NCBI GenBank assembly: GCA_964446735.1
Contig: CAYUQB010000001.1
Location: 263,826 to 327,825 of the forward strand
DNA: 64,000 nt
Origin: an uncultured Candidatus Saccharibacteria bacterium
GTDB taxonomy: Bacteria > Patescibacteriota > Minisyncoccia > Phycocordibacterales > Phycocordibacteraceae
Reading direction: 5' to 3'
Shown here piece by piece: positions 18,796-30,400 of the stretch. The notes under the pieces were generated by a model, which was given only the letters and a program-made list of their open reading frames with translations, searched no databases and was not told the origin of the DNA. Both the position numbers and the translations under genes were made by a program. How positions within the stretch are numbered: position 1 is the first letter of the stretch; each line of letters begins with the position of its first letter.

Positions 18796-19926
18796 CTAGT
18801 TGGCGTGGAGCATCGGGTTGAGCTCGACCGCCTTGGTGTTCGCGCGCGCTTCGAGCGTGCCGTCGTGAGCACGCACGAAGAGGAGCCCATTCTGCCCGGA
18901 AAGCTCGTGCCCCTTCGCGACTCGGACGAACACTCCTTTCGCATCGACGAGCATCACGTCGCTCTTGGGCATCACGTAGACGCCCGCGGCGACGATGCAG
19001 TCGTCACCAAGCGAGATGCCGGTGCCGGCGAGCGCTCCGATCAGGGTGCGTTCCCCGATCTCGACGACCACCTTGCTGCCGCCGGACATGGTGCCCTGGA
19101 TAGATCCAGCACCACCCACGTCCGATCCGTCACCAACGATGACGCCCTGGCTCACCCGTCCCTCGATCATCGCCTTCCCGCGGGTGCCCGCGTTGAAGTT
19201 GACGAACCCGGACGGCATGACGGTGGTGCCATCGCCCAGATACGCGCCGAGCCGAACCCGGGCAGTGTCGGCGACGCGGACACCGGGAGGCACGACATAG
19301 TCGAGCATGTGCGGCAGCTTGTCGACTCCGTAGACGCGAAGCGTCTGGGCGCGCAAGCGCGCAGACAACTGCGCTTCGGCGACCTCCTCGGGCAGCATGG
19401 CGCCCTCGGACGTCCACGCCACGTTCGGAAGGAGCGCCATGATGCCTGCGGTGACCTTGAGGCTCCACGGCAGCACGAACCGATGGCTCATCAGGTGCAG
19501 ACGCAGGTAGATGTCCGGCACGCCTTGGGGACCGTCGTCAGTGTCTCCGCCGCCGATGAACGAGACGACCACACACCGGCGACGATCGGCGACGACCAGA
19601 TCGCGCAAACGCCGAAGCACTTCCACGTTGGCGTGCGTCTTGTCGTTTTCATCGATCCACGCGAAGTACTCCAGCGCGGTGCGCAACGCTCCGTAGTCAA
19701 GGTGGCAGGAACTCGTCCCACGCTTGTAGCCGACGACACTGGCGAGCACGGCAGCAGTGCCGTAGTTCTGCTCGTAGTTCGGGAACGGGTAGTAGGTGTC
19801 CAGGTAACGCCCATGCTTGAGCTGGGCGATGCCGATGCCGAACGCGAGCGGACGTTGGTAGTCCGGATCTGACTCGGTCTTTTCAACGAAGGCTTGAAAC
19901 TCCGTCTTGGTCGACAGTACCGTCAT
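18796..19926 (-). CDS. dapD: Tetrahydrodipicolinate N-succinyltransferase (long DapD type)
   Basis: YLRLHLMSHR, LPNVAWTS, VDKLP.MLDYVVP.GVRVAD..RVRLGAYL, GFVNFNAGT, IEGRVSQG, GTMSGG, C-terminal LH.N; SD GAGGAGG. Confidence 0.9.
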   Translation of the reverse strand: MTVLSTKTEFQAFVEKTESDPDYQRPLAFGIGIAQLKHGRYLDTYYPFPNYEQNYGTAAVLASVVGYKRGTSSCHLDYGALRTALEYFAWIDENDKTHANVEVLRRLRDLVVADRRRCVVVSFIGGGDTDDGPQGVPDIYLRLHLMSHRFVLPWSLKVTAGIMALLPNVAWTSEGAMLPEEVAEAQLSARLRAQTLRVYGVDKLPHMLDYVVPPGVRVADTARVRLGAYLGDGTTVMPSGFVNFNAGTRGKAMIEGRVSQGVIVGDGSDVGGAGSIQGTMSGGSKVVVEIGERTLIGALAGTGISLGDDCIVAAGVYVMPKSDVMLVDAKGVFVRVAKGHELSGQNGLLFVRAHDGTLEARANTKAVELNPMLHAN

Positions 19927-20021
19927 GAGTGCGTCCCTCCTCGGGGCTATCTAGAACAGGTTCAACCGGTGCGGTTGCCCGCGCGCATAAAAACACGCTT
20001 TCCATGGCAAGGCAATGATTC

Positions 20022-20047
20022 AGGGCGCGGCATTGCTGCCGCGCCCT
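20022..20047 (-). terminator. Hairpin after the 20057-20422 gene
   Basis: AGGGCGCGGCA-ttgc-TGCCGCGCCCT. Confidence 0.65.
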
Positions 20048-20056
20048 TGACCCATT

Positions 20057-20422
20057 TCATTCGCTTCCCCGGAGCCGATACTCGATTTCGGCGCTGTCGG
20101 CGATGCGAAGCAGGTCGATGAAGAACTGCTTGCCTACTTCGATCTGCCAGCGTTCCGCGTAGTGCTCTTCGGCGGCTCGCCTGAAGCTCGATTCGAGAAC
20201 GGGACTCCGGTCGCGATGCTTCCCCATACAGGTGAAGCAGTGCTGCAGGAAGAAGCGATGTTCTCTGTTCTGCGGCATCGCGCTCTGCACCCAGAGCTTC
20301 CGGCCCTCCTTGTAGAAGGTGACCTTCTCGATGAGCAACCGGTCTTCCGGCAGATCATCGATGGCATCAGCGGGGATACCCCACTGGGCCATGAGCTTCA
20401 ATAGGTTGTTCCGATAGGCCAT
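20057..20422 (-). CDS. Hypothetical protein (121 aa), SD-led solo gene
   Basis: GGAGG 5 nt before ATG; promoter TTGACT-16-TACACT just after the bipA stop. Confidence 0.65.
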   Translation of the reverse strand: MAYRNNLLKLMAQWGIPADAIDDLPEDRLLIEKVTFYKEGRKLWVQSAMPQNREHRFFLQHCFTCMGKHRDRSPVLESSFRRAAEEHYAERWQIEVGKQFFIDLLRIADSAEIEYRLRGSE

Positions 20423-20478
20423 CAGCCCCTCCGTTTTCCACTCAGCACGAGTGTACAACACTAACTCTTAAAGTCAAT

Positions 20479-22266
20479 CTATGCCCTACGTGCCCGTGCC
20501 CGCTCTGTTTCAGTAAGAAATTGTTTTCGCAGTCGCACGCTTGCGGGAGTGATTTCGAGATACTCGTCCTCTGCCATAACTTCAAGGCCACGCTCAATGG
20601 TGAGCGTATAGGGAGGAACGAGGTTGATCGCTTCGTCGTTACCAGAGGAACGCACGTTCGTAAGGTTCTTTCCCTTGGTGGGGTTCACCATCATCTCCTC
20701 ACCCTTTGAGGTGTTGCCGATCACTTGACCCTCATACACATCAACGGCTGGACCGATATAGAGCACACCACGCTCCTGGAGTCCCCAGAGCGCGTACCCA
20801 AGAGCTTTTCCAGCTGCCATCGAAACCATGGAGCCCACCTGACGCTTTTTGATATCGCCTGCAAATGATTTAAATCCAATGACACGGGAAGAAAGAATAC
20901 CTTCGCCCTTCGTATCGATGACAAATTGGTTACGGTATCCAAGAAGCCCACGGGTCGGTCCTTCGAGAGTGAGACGGACTTGAGTGTCGTGCTGGACAAG
21001 ATTCTGAAGCACGAATCCGCGCTGCCCAAGCTTCTCGATAATTGCACCCTGGAATTCCGAAGGCGTATCGATGATGACTTCTTCGAATGGTTCTTCCTTA
21101 ACGCCATTATTCTCATGAATGATGACTTGAGGCTGAGAGACCTGCATTTCATAGCCGGCACGGCGCATGTTCTCAAGGAGAATGGCGATATGGAGCTCGC
21201 CTCGCCCCGATACTTTAAAGTTATCCGGCGATACGAAATCAACCTTAAGTCCCACGTTCACCTCAAGCTCTCGTTCAAGGTATTCGCGCAACTGACGACT
21301 GGTGACGTACTTCCCTTCCTTCCCAGCAAATGGTGAGTTGTTCACAAGGAACGAGAGTGTGATGGTTGGTTCATCGATAGCGATAGCAGGAAGTGGTTCT
21401 GCAGCAGCATCAGTGGTGATGGTCTCACCAATGAAGATGTCAGGGAGTCCTGCGACGATGACAATGTCGCCCGCCTCTGCTGAGGGCACGTCGACACGTT
21501 CAACACCCTTAAAGGTGAAGACTTTCGTAAGTTTGCCGGTGCGTGCTTCTCCGGTCGGCTTCTTCACCGTTACCGCATCGGTTGCCTTCACCACTCCCTC
21601 GTACACACGACAAATGGCGAGCCGTCCGAGGAAATTGTCATAGGCAAGATTAAATGCCTGGAGTTTGGCAGGCTTCCCTTTGGCGTCTTCAGCTGAAGCA
21701 GGAGGCACGAGCTCAAGAATGGTATCGAGCAGTGGGGTGAGATCGGTGCGCTCATCATCGAGATGCTTCATTGCAACGCCTTCACGTCCAATGGCATACA
21801 CCGTCCTAAAATCAGACTGGGCATCGGATGCGCCTAGTTCAAGGAAAAGCTCAAGTACCTGTTCTTCAGCCTGCGCAGGGTTTGCTGCTGGTTTGTCGAT
21901 CTTATTAAGGACCACGATGGGCTTGAGCCCGAGCTCAAGCGATTTCTTAAGTACGAAACGTGTCTGAGGCATGGGACCTTCCTGGGCATCAACTACCAGG
22001 AGCACCGAATCGATGGAACGTAGCACGCGTTCCACTTCGCTGCCGAAATCAGCGTGTCCTGGGGTATCCACGATGTTGATCTTGGTCCCCTTATATTCAA
22101 TGGACGTGTTTTTGGAGTAGATGGTGATCCCACGCTCCTGTTCAAGCGTGTTGGAATCCATGGACACACCCTCGGCCACTGCGCCTGTTTGGCGCATCAA
22201 CGCATCGGTAAGGGTTGTCTTACCGTGGTCCACATGGGCGATGATAGCTATGTTGCGTATTTCCAT
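20479..22266 (-). CDS. typA: Translational GTPase TypA/BipA
   Basis: [53 protein letters not shown]. Confidence 0.96.
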   Translation of the reverse strand: MEIRNIAIIAHVDHGKTTLTDALMRQTGAVAEGVSMDSNTLEQERGITIYSKNTSIEYKGTKINIVDTPGHADFGSEVERVLRSIDSVLLVVDAQEGPMPQTRFVLKKSLELGLKPIVVLNKIDKPAANPAQAEEQVLELFLELGASDAQSDFRTVYAIGREGVAMKHLDDERTDLTPLLDTILELVPPASAEDAKGKPAKLQAFNLAYDNFLGRLAICRVYEGVVKATDAVTVKKPTGEARTGKLTKVFTFKGVERVDVPSAEAGDIVIVAGLPDIFIGETITTDAAAEPLPAIAIDEPTITLSFLVNNSPFAGKEGKYVTSRQLREYLERELEVNVGLKVDFVSPDNFKVSGRGELHIAILLENMRRAGYEMQVSQPQVIIHENNGVKEEPFEEVIIDTPSEFQGAIIEKLGQRGFVLQNLVQHDTQVRLTLEGPTRGLLGYRNQFVIDTKGEGILSSRVIGFKSFAGDIKKRQVGSMVSMAAGKALGYALWGLQERGVLYIGPAVDVYEGQVIGNTSKGEEMMVNPTKGKNLTNVRSSGNDEAINLVPPYTLTIERGLEVMAEDEYLEITPASVRLRKQFLTETERARARRA

Positions 22267-22325
22267 ACAAAAAGAGGCCTCGCGGCCCTTCTCCTCACCA
22301 TACTGCATAGAATGCTTCTGAGCAA

Positions 22326-23333
22326 TCAGCGCAAATACCGCTTTATATTCGCAAGGTGTCCCGAGTACGTTGGCGAGCAGTGGATCCTGCCCTGAGTATC
22401 ATGCAAATAAAAGAGGCAGTTCGTGGTTTCGGGATTAAGCGCAGCATTGATCGCAGTGAGTCCGGGGCTTGCGATCGGGTGTGGCGGGAGTCCGGTGCGC
22501 TTGTACGTATTAAAGGGAGAGTCTGGGTATGTCCCTGCTGCCTTGGGACGCGGCCACCAGCCGTTTTCAGAAGAACCTTCTATATATTGGAGCGTCGCAT
22601 CAAGTGCGAGCGGCATTCCCTTTTGCATGCGCTTCTCAATGACTCCCGCGATGATGGGCATGTCAGAGGCGGTACCAGTCTCTCGCTGAATTAGTGACGC
22701 GATGGTAAGGACACGCGTCCAGGGAATTCCTTTGGCAAGCGCTTCATCAGCATACGGCGCGAATGCTTCTTTAAACCGATCCCGCATACGCTGAGCAATT
22801 ACGGCAGGTGCTTCATCGGTGGGAATGAGATAGGTATCGGGAAAGTAGACTCCTTCGATGTACGCAGGGCTCGTGGAGGCAGTTGCCGCTTCCCACGCGA
22901 GAGTATCTTCAGCAGTCCATCCAAGCGATGTACTCAGTAAGTCGCCGAGCTCTTCCTTACGCATCCCCACTGGCACCGTTACCCACGCAACATACGGAGG
23001 TGCAACGAGTGCATCAGCAATCGTCCATGCATCCATGGATTGTGAAAGCTCGTACCCGCCTGGACGAATCGACCTGCCGTACGACTCACGCAGATATGCG
23101 AGATGGAATATCCACGGGGACCGCACATACCCAGCGTCAGTGAGCTTCTGTGCCACCACCGAGAGTGAGTCCTCGGGTGTTACGAGAAATTGTTCTTTGC
23201 TAGCAGATGCATCAGTCGGTCCGAATGCACGTGCGTAGAAGAGTGCAGAAAGCACGAGGAGGAGCGCACCTGCACCAAGTACAAGTATGAGCGTGCGGCC
23301 GGTACGCGGCGTGCGTGTAGCGGAACCCGTCAT
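22326..23333 (-). CDS. mltG: Endolytic transglycosylase MltG (YceG)
   Basis: EGVYFPDTY, ASLIQRE, L.LDAT..Y, SPFNTYKR.GLPP.PIASPG; TAAAAT 7 nt before ATG 23333. Confidence 0.9.
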   Translation of the reverse strand: MTGSATRTPRTGRTLILVLGAGALLLVLSALFYARAFGPTDASASKEQFLVTPEDSLSVVAQKLTDAGYVRSPWIFHLAYLRESYGRSIRPGGYELSQSMDAWTIADALVAPPYVAWVTVPVGMRKEELGDLLSTSLGWTAEDTLAWEAATASTSPAYIEGVYFPDTYLIPTDEAPAVIAQRMRDRFKEAFAPYADEALAKGIPWTRVLTIASLIQRETGTASDMPIIAGVIEKRMQKGMPLALDATLQYIEGSSENGWWPRPKAAGTYPDSPFNTYKRTGLPPHPIASPGLTAINAALNPETTNCLFYLHDTQGRIHCSPTYSGHLANIKRYLR

Positions 23334-23338
23334 TGCTC

Positions 23339-25015
23339 TTATTTTACCCTGGCCTGCTTCCCGCACAGGATGCGTGCAAGCTTCAGATCGTCGTACGTAT
23401 ATTTGCCATTTAGCCGGTGAAAGATGGGAGCAAGACGCTCTTGCCCCAGTGCATCGAATGCCTCTTCGATCTCAGGGAGCGCTGCAACTAAGCGAGCCGG
23501 TATTAGAGAAAGGAGTGCGGCAGGTTCAAGCCTTCCCGAGGCGATAAGGCGTTCGGCATGATCAGCGACGGTAGCGATGGTGAGCGAACGCGCTTTCGCA
23601 ATATCAATAAGTGGTACTCCTTCGGTGATGAGCGTGTGTGTCTCATCGTAGGTGGTCCGCCGAGCGGGCTTGCCGGTCTTTGAACGTTCCATCGTACCGC
23701 CAGACGCGAGTATGAAATTGCGGTGCATGTCGGTAAGATCACCATCTTCTCGAAGAGTTTCGAATGCCTCTGCGGCTGCCATCGACTCCTCACGAAAACG
23801 CTCGTCCATCCGCGAGACTTCGGGATGCACCAAGGTTGCTTCCTCTCGCCAGCCCAGCACCGTAAGTCCTGAGAGCGTACGTACTCGAGACAACGCAACA
23901 TAGCCTTGCCCGTATTCGAAGGTGCGCGAGAGATCTACCGCAGCCGCATCCATGCTCATTCCCTGACTTTTGTGTACGGTGATAGCCCACGCAAGTCGCA
24001 GCGGTATCTGCGTTACCTTCGCACGCACCTTCCCCTGTTCCTCAAGTGCCCAGTCCACCGAGGTGATGGTGAGTTCGCGATCGTCACGCGTTTGAATGAT
24101 GGGTTCTCCAGAGCCACGGGCAAAGCCAATGACCACACCGAGCGTGCCGTTTACATAGCCAGCAGGCGAATTGTTCTTCGTGCACATAACAATGGCTCCC
24201 TCCTTAAGAACGAGCGTTTCTGGTGAAAGACAGCCGCGACGAAGCGAATCTGTGAGCACCTCAGGGCCCGTGGCACTCATGCGATACGTGCGTGATGCGC
24301 CGGGAAGCGTTGCGAGCTGCTCCTCATTGATTCGATCCACATCCGCGTTATGGGTGTAGAGCCGCGGTATGTCCGTATCAAGTTCAAGGGGATCGCCTTC
24401 GCGCGTAAGAACTGTTGATGCATGCGTATGATCAAAGCTTCCGTCGCGGATAGCACGCAGGAGCTCACGATAGGTGTCGTCCGCCTGACGATGTTGTTCG
24501 GTGAGATAGCAAATGAGTGGAGTCGCTGCACGCCAGGCAAGCGATGCAAAAGCGAACTCTGCCGGCGCACCCGCTCTCGTAACGGGCGGGAGTTGGAAGA
24601 AATCTCCTGAGAGCACGACTTGCACCCCACCGAAGGCACGGCTATCGCGACGCACTTCTCGAAGTACCGCATCCACCATGGAAAGCGCAGCACCTGAAAG
24701 CATCGAGATCTCATCGATGATGAGTACCTTGGTTTTATTGATACGTCGTACGACATGTTCCTTACTTGCGATCCGATCAAGATCTGTGGGGAGTAGCTCC
24801 TCAAGCACGCCGATGCCACTCCAGGCATGGATGGTCATCCCTCCCACGTGGGTAGCAGCGATGCCGGTTGAGGCAGTGATGGCAGGTTCGATACCGTGGC
24901 TCCGCAGCCAGGCGATATAGCTCTGTAGCGTGTGGGTCTTACCGCTTCCCGGTTCACCCGTGAGGAAGACATTCGCGCCGGTCTTAAGAATCTCAAGTGC
25001 TTCGGCCTGCGTCAT
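23339..25015 (-). CDS. PIF1/RecD-like SF1B helicase with C-terminal HTH
   Basis: TGEPGSGKT, IIDEISM, GDFFQLPPV, LTEQHRQ, NGTLG, LAWAITVHKSQG, GQGYVALSR. Confidence 0.92.
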   Translation of the reverse strand: MTQAEALEILKTGANVFLTGEPGSGKTHTLQSYIAWLRSHGIEPAITASTGIAATHVGGMTIHAWSGIGVLEELLPTDLDRIASKEHVVRRINKTKVLIIDEISMLSGAALSMVDAVLREVRRDSRAFGGVQVVLSGDFFQLPPVTRAGAPAEFAFASLAWRAATPLICYLTEQHRQADDTYRELLRAIRDGSFDHTHASTVLTREGDPLELDTDIPRLYTHNADVDRINEEQLATLPGASRTYRMSATGPEVLTDSLRRGCLSPETLVLKEGAIVMCTKNNSPAGYVNGTLGVVIGFARGSGEPIIQTRDDRELTITSVDWALEEQGKVRAKVTQIPLRLAWAITVHKSQGMSMDAAAVDLSRTFEYGQGYVALSRVRTLSGLTVLGWREEATLVHPEVSRMDERFREESMAAAEAFETLREDGDLTDMHRNFILASGGTMERSKTGKPARRTTYDETHTLITEGVPLIDIAKARSLTIATVADHAERLIASGRLEPAALLSLIPARLVAALPEIEEAFDALGQERLAPIFHRLNGKYTYDDLKLARILCGKQARVK

Positions 25016-25106
25016 ACCTCCATGCTACACGTACTTCGCTTGATTGCGGAAGGATATTCCATATCCCCAACACTAGCGTGTAGGTGGCTGTAGCGATGGT
25101 GAAGAA

Positions 25107-25790
25107 CTAGTAGCCGTCCATGCGTGCAAGACAGGTGCGGTCGTAGTAGCAGCGGTAGTCACGCGCGTAGGAATCTTGATACTGATAGCGATTATCGTAG
25201 CGGTCGTACTCGGTTCGGCGATAGGGATCTCCACAGGATCCTTGCCACCTACCATTGAGGTAATAGCAGGTATCTCCCGGACCGTTATACGTTGATCCGC
25301 CGCCCCAATATGGTCCTACGTATGAGCCATCTTGATAACAACTTCGATCGTAGTAGTTGGTACACCCGCTTCGTTGCTGGTAATAGGGATCGTTCGATCG
25401 ATAGGAATAGTCGGAGGAATAGTCTTCGCGGTACTCATCCCGATAATTCCGGTAGCCGCACGAGAGTTCTTCGATTCGGTCGCGGGTACGCGAGTCAACT
25501 ACTCCCGTGGTCGGCAGACCTTCATCGCGCTGAAAGCGAGTGAGAGCGGTCTGCGTGGAGCGACCGAAGTAGCCCGTAGTGTTTCCGCGCAAGTACCCTT
25601 CTTGCATCAGAAAATGCTGGAGCAGTGCAACGTCGGAGGACTCACTTCCATAGGAGAGGTTCGCAGAGATAACAATACAGGCTGCGGGCGGTTGGTACTG
25701 GGGCGGATGGTGCGTATACCCCCACCCGCCCGCAGCAGCAAGCGGGAGTACGGCGACCGTAGCGACACGATGAATGATGAAGGGCTCCAT
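25107..25790 (-). CDS. Peptidoglycan-binding domain protein with Tyr/Asp/Arg-rich tail
   Basis: L.YGS...DV..LQ.FL...GY, TGYFG..T..AL..FQ...GL..TG.V...TR. Confidence 0.8.
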   Translation of the reverse strand: MEPFIIHRVATVAVLPLAAAGGWGYTHHPPQYQPPAACIVISANLSYGSESSDVALLQHFLMQEGYLRGNTTGYFGRSTQTALTRFQRDEGLPTTGVVDSRTRDRIEELSCGYRNYRDEYREDYSSDYSYRSNDPYYQQRSGCTNYYDRSCYQDGSYVGPYWGGGSTYNGPGDTCYYLNGRWQGSCGDPYRRTEYDRYDNRYQYQDSYARDYRCYYDRTCLARMDGY

Positions 25791-25911
25791 AGATAATCAG
25801 TTATACGGATACAGGTTTCGGCGTCAAAAGTATGCTGCGGATCTCATGAAGAGCGTAGGAAGGCACAAACCCTGGATATTTGGCCGTTTTTATCTTATAC
25901 TGCCGCTATCT

Positions 25912-27459
25912 ATGAGACGAATCCCGCTCGAACCCCTGGTCCGGCGCCTTGCCCCTGTGCGCCGTTTTTTCGTTAAGATATGGAACGTGTACCGCGCACT
26001 TGCGCTCTGGCTCCAGACGATCATTGCGGTCGTTCTTATCATCCTCTTCTTCGCACTCATTTCGTTCCTTATCAGCCTCGGCGTATCGAAGGATTCGGGT
26101 GACTCTCTCTCGACCGTAACATTGGTGTCGGTAAGTGAACTTTCAGGCAACAGTTCATCGGTCGGAGGCATCGGCTCGGTGCGTTCAGTTACCGAAGCGG
26201 CCATCCTTGCTGAATCAAGCGGGACTGTGCGTCGAGTCCATACGCGCTTGGGTGGCACCGTACCGGCAGGATTTGTGATCGCAGAGCTTGAGAACGCGAG
26301 CCAACGCGCAGCCGTACTTCAGGCAGAAGGCGCCTACGATGCTGCAGTCGCAGCACGTGCCGGTGCGTCCCCGGTTGATATCTCCACCTCCGCACTTAAC
26401 ACCTACACGTCCGCATACCAGTCGCTCGACTCGATTCTCGAGACCTACATCGACACCTTCTATGGTGATCCAGGTGCGTTCGGACCTAAGTTCCTCGTTA
26501 GTCCCGGGACATTTGGATTTGAACACTTCTCAACGAAGCGGGCGCAGCTGAATCAGGCAATGATCGCATGGCGCTCGCGTCTTGATTCTGCATCATCCAA
26601 GGATTCAGCTGCACTCCTTGCCGAGGCGGAGGGCATCGTACGGCAGGCACATGCACTTGCGACCGATATCGCGACCGTCGCCACGAGGACAAATAGCGAC
26701 GCAACAAGCGCACAGCTCACTGCGCTTACGACTGCTCGCTCCAGTATCGCTTCACTTCAAGCAACTATCACGAGCGCAAAGCAGACCTACCAAAGCCAAG
26801 GGACCTCAGCAACCGCAGGTGCAGATGCGTCGGTCAAAAGTGCACTCGGCTCACTCCGTGCAGCGCAAGCGAATCTCGAGAAAACACTCGTCCGTGCACC
26901 CATCGGTGGTCAGGTCAATTATCTTCCCATTCGCGTTGGCGATTACGTGACTTCAATGAACCATGTCGCAACCGTGGCACAAAATGGCGCACTTGAAATT
27001 GTTGCCTTCGTGTCAGAAGAAACTCGTTCGCATCTTTCAGTGGGAATGAAAGTAACCCTAGAAGAGGACGTCACGGGTGTGATCACGTCCATCGCTCCTG
27101 CACTCGATCCGGTTACCAAGCAGGTGGAAGTACATGTTGCGGTCTCAGGTACGTCGAATCTCGTGAACGGTCAGTCCGTACGCATCGCCTTCCCGAGCGC
27201 ACCTGCTCCATCGACAGCGACCTCTACTGGTCCAGTACTGCTTCCGCTTGCGACACTGAAGCTCACTCCTTCCGCACGCGTGCTGTTCACGCTTGGCGAG
27301 GATGGACGACTTAAAGCGTTCCCCGTTGAAATCGGCGAGGTACGAGGAGATCGTATTGAGATTCTTACCTCCCTTCCTGCCGAGATGCGTATCGTATCTG
27401 ATGCCCGCGGGCTCTCTGATGGTCAGAAAGTGAATCTCGCTGAAGGTACGTCTCTTTAA
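25912..27459 (+). CDS. RND efflux periplasmic adaptor (MFP)
   Basis: N-terminal TM, lipoyl halves (ESSGTV; VRAPIGGQV), long coiled-coil, adjacent RND permease. Confidence 0.85.
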   Translation: MRRIPLEPLVRRLAPVRRFFVKIWNVYRALALWLQTIIAVVLIILFFALISFLISLGVSKDSGDSLSTVTLVSVSELSGNSSSVGGIGSVRSVTEAAILAESSGTVRRVHTRLGGTVPAGFVIAELENASQRAAVLQAEGAYDAAVAARAGASPVDISTSALNTYTSAYQSLDSILETYIDTFYGDPGAFGPKFLVSPGTFGFEHFSTKRAQLNQAMIAWRSRLDSASSKDSAALLAEAEGIVRQAHALATDIATVATRTNSDATSAQLTALTTARSSIASLQATITSAKQTYQSQGTSATAGADASVKSALGSLRAAQANLEKTLVRAPIGGQVNYLPIRVGDYVTSMNHVATVAQNGALEIVAFVSEETRSHLSVGMKVTLEEDVTGVITSIAPALDPVTKQVEVHVAVSGTSNLVNGQSVRIAFPSAPAPSTATSTGPVLLPLATLKLTPSARVLFTLGEDGRLKAFPVEIGEVRGDRIEILTSLPAEMRIVSDARGLSDGQKVNLAEGTSL

Positions 27460-27464
27460 GGCGC

Positions 27465-30400
27465 ATGACTTCCTTCTGGAATTTCTTCATTCGGAAACAC
27501 CACTTCACGGTGTTTCTTATGATCGTGCTTGTTGCGGGAGGGCTCTATGCCGTGACGACGATTCCGAAGGAGGCGACCCCTGATATTTCCATTCCGCTTG
27601 GCGTTGTGACCACGGTGCTTCCGGGCGCGTCCTCGGCGGATGTTGAACGCTTGATTACGGACAAGATTGAGAGCGGCGTGCTTGGTGTCGAACGGGTTTC
27701 GAAAGTCACCTCCATTTCAACAGAAGGGGTGTCGACCGTCTCGGTTGAGTTTGATGCTTCGGCCGATATTGATTCATCCATACAGTCGCTTAAGGATGCG
27801 GTAGACAAAGTGCGGTCTGAGCTTCCTGACGAGGCGAACGATCCCATCGTCTCTGACGTGAACTTTGCGGATCAACCCGTCCTTATCCTCGCCGTCTCAG
27901 GGAGTCTTGCTCCCGCAGAACTCACCAAGCTCGGTGAAGATTTGGCCGACGAGCTGAAGCGGGTTTCGGGTGTATCCAAGGTGACGGTTTCCGGAACCCG
28001 AGAGCGCCAGGTGCAGGTCATTGTGAAGGAAGAACGCCTCAGACAGTTTGATCTCTCCTTGTCAGACGTCACGAGCGCACTTCGAGCCGCTGGGGTAGCG
28101 AGTCCCGCCGGTGCCCTTACGGTCGACGGCATTCGCTATGCGGTGCGCTTTGAGTCTGCAGTCGCTACCACTGATCAAGTAGCGCGCGTCGCCGTTGCCA
28201 ACCGAGGTGGTGCGCCAGTCTACGTACGCGATATTGCAGATGTCGTCGATGGCCTTGAGGACGCGAGCACCTACTCACGCGTGTCGGTAGATGGGGCTCC
28301 TGCCGAACCATCACTCACGCTTACCATTTTCAAAACACGCGGCGGAAACATCGCCGCAACCGGAAAGGCAGTAGAGCACAAACTTAAGGAGTTAGAGGAC
28401 GGCGGGATGCTGGAAGGAACCGAAACGGTCATTTCCTTCAATGGTGCAGAGGAGGTCGACAAGAGCCTCGTTGAGCTTACGCGCGCGGGCATCGAGACGG
28501 TGTTGCTCGTGCTCATCATTCTCCTCTTTACGCTTGGATGGCGCGAGGCACTCGTTGCCGCAGCTTCGATTCCACTCTCGTTCCTCATTGCCTTCATCCT
28601 TATGCTCGCGACGGGCAATACGCTTAATAACGTATCGCTATTCGCACTCATTCTTGCCATCGGTATTCTCGTTGACTCGGGCATCGTGGTGGTAGAAGCA
28701 TTCCATACCCGACTTCTTAAGTTTGGAGATAAGTATGAAGCTGCTCGCGCAGCTATTCGTGAGTATGCGTGGCCGCTCATCGCCGGTACGTTCACCACGA
28801 TTGTCGTGTTTGTACCGCTGTTCTTCCTCTCGGGTATTGTCGGCAAGTTCCTTGCCTCTATTCCCTATACGCTCATCTTCGTTCTTATCGCGAGCATTTT
28901 CGTGGCGCTTGGATTCGTGCCGCTCCTTGCCATTTACTTCGTGAAAGCATCGCATGGCACGATGGAGAGCCGACAGGAGCGATACAACGAACGAGCCAAG
29001 CTTTGGTACAAGAACTATTTGCATCGTTTGCTTGCCGATCGCAAGCAACAGACCCGGTTTATCGTCGCCATGATCGCCGGCTTTGTGATCGCACTTGCAC
29101 TCCCCGCGACGGGACTACTCAAGTCGATCTTCTTCCCCGCTGCTGATATTGACTATGTATATGTTGAGATCGAGAAGGCACAGGGAACCGAACTACGCGA
29201 GACCGACCTCACGGTACGGCAGGTTGAGGAGGTACTCTATGCCAATAAGGAAATCGAATCCTTCGTGACTGAAGTGGGTGCAGGCAGTTCGTTCTCCGGA
29301 GACATGAGTGGTGGACATGCGGGCGGAAGCCAGATCGCCAACATCACTGTGAACCTTCATAAGGGGGACCACATGCCATCTGCCAAGTTTGTTGGGGTAC
29401 TACGCAAAGAGCTTGCCCATATCACGTCGGCCAAAATCACGGTCGCCGAGCCAGCGGGTGGACCCCCCACTGCAGCTCCGATCACCCTTATCTTCTCGGG
29501 AGACGATCTTGGCGAACTTTCAGTAACGGCAGAACGAGCTGCGCAAGTGCTCGCAGACATTCCTGGCGTCGTCAATATCAATGCAAGTACCAAGAATGCG
29601 AGTGCGGAATTCGTGGTAGCACTTGATAGCGCAAAGGCGTCTGAGCTTGGGGTATCGCCGCTTGCTGTTGCAGACACCCTCCGTACTGCCCTGTTTAGTG
29701 CCGAGGCCACTTCCATTCGTGAAGGAAAGAATGATATTGAAGTGCGCACCAAGCTTGACCTCAATCCTAACTATCGCGATCCATCAGAAACCACGCACGC
29801 AACCATTGATGCGGTACGTGAACTCACAGTCCCTGGCTCAAACGGTCCAGTGCCACTTGCAACCATCGCAACGATTACCTATGAACCCTCGCAGACCGCT
29901 ATCACGCACGAAGCGGGACGTCGAACGACAACGGTGACTGCAGAAATGGCACCCGGAGGAAACGCAATCGAAGCGACCAACGCCTTCACGAAGCAGTTCG
30001 GTGACGACAAGCTCGGAGAGGGCGTCACGATGAAAGTGGGCGGCGAAAGTGAGGACGTCGGCAAGTCATTTATTGAGCTCTTCGTTGCCCTTATTGCGGG
30101 CGCTGCGCTCATGCTTTCTATCCTTATCCTTGAGTTCAACTCCTTCCGCCATTCGCTCTACTTGCTCTCTATCATCCCGCTCTCTCTCGTGGGTGTATTC
30201 GCTGGTCTTACCCTGGTCGGCCAGCCGCTATCGCTCACCTCTATGCTTGGCGTCATTGCACTTGCCGGTGTCATCATCAACCACGCCATCATTCTCATGG
30301 ACTCGATTGCGCGCATTCATAGGGAGCACCCTGAGTGGGCACTGGAGACAGTAGTGGTCGAGTCTGCATCGACTCGTCTGCGCCCGATTCTTCTTACGAC

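Noticed and set aside
18805-19872. 355-aa + strand ORF antisense to dapD
   Set aside because: Shadow ORF expected from GC-rich codon bias; no recognisable motifs or start signals.
6066-19963. GAAC-N3-GTTC (about 6066-6076) and GAAC-N2-GTTC (about 19954-19963) as SOS boxes
   Set aside because: Spacing differs from the N4 operator at 30608; probably small leader hairpins, though their similarity in two SD-led leaders is noted.
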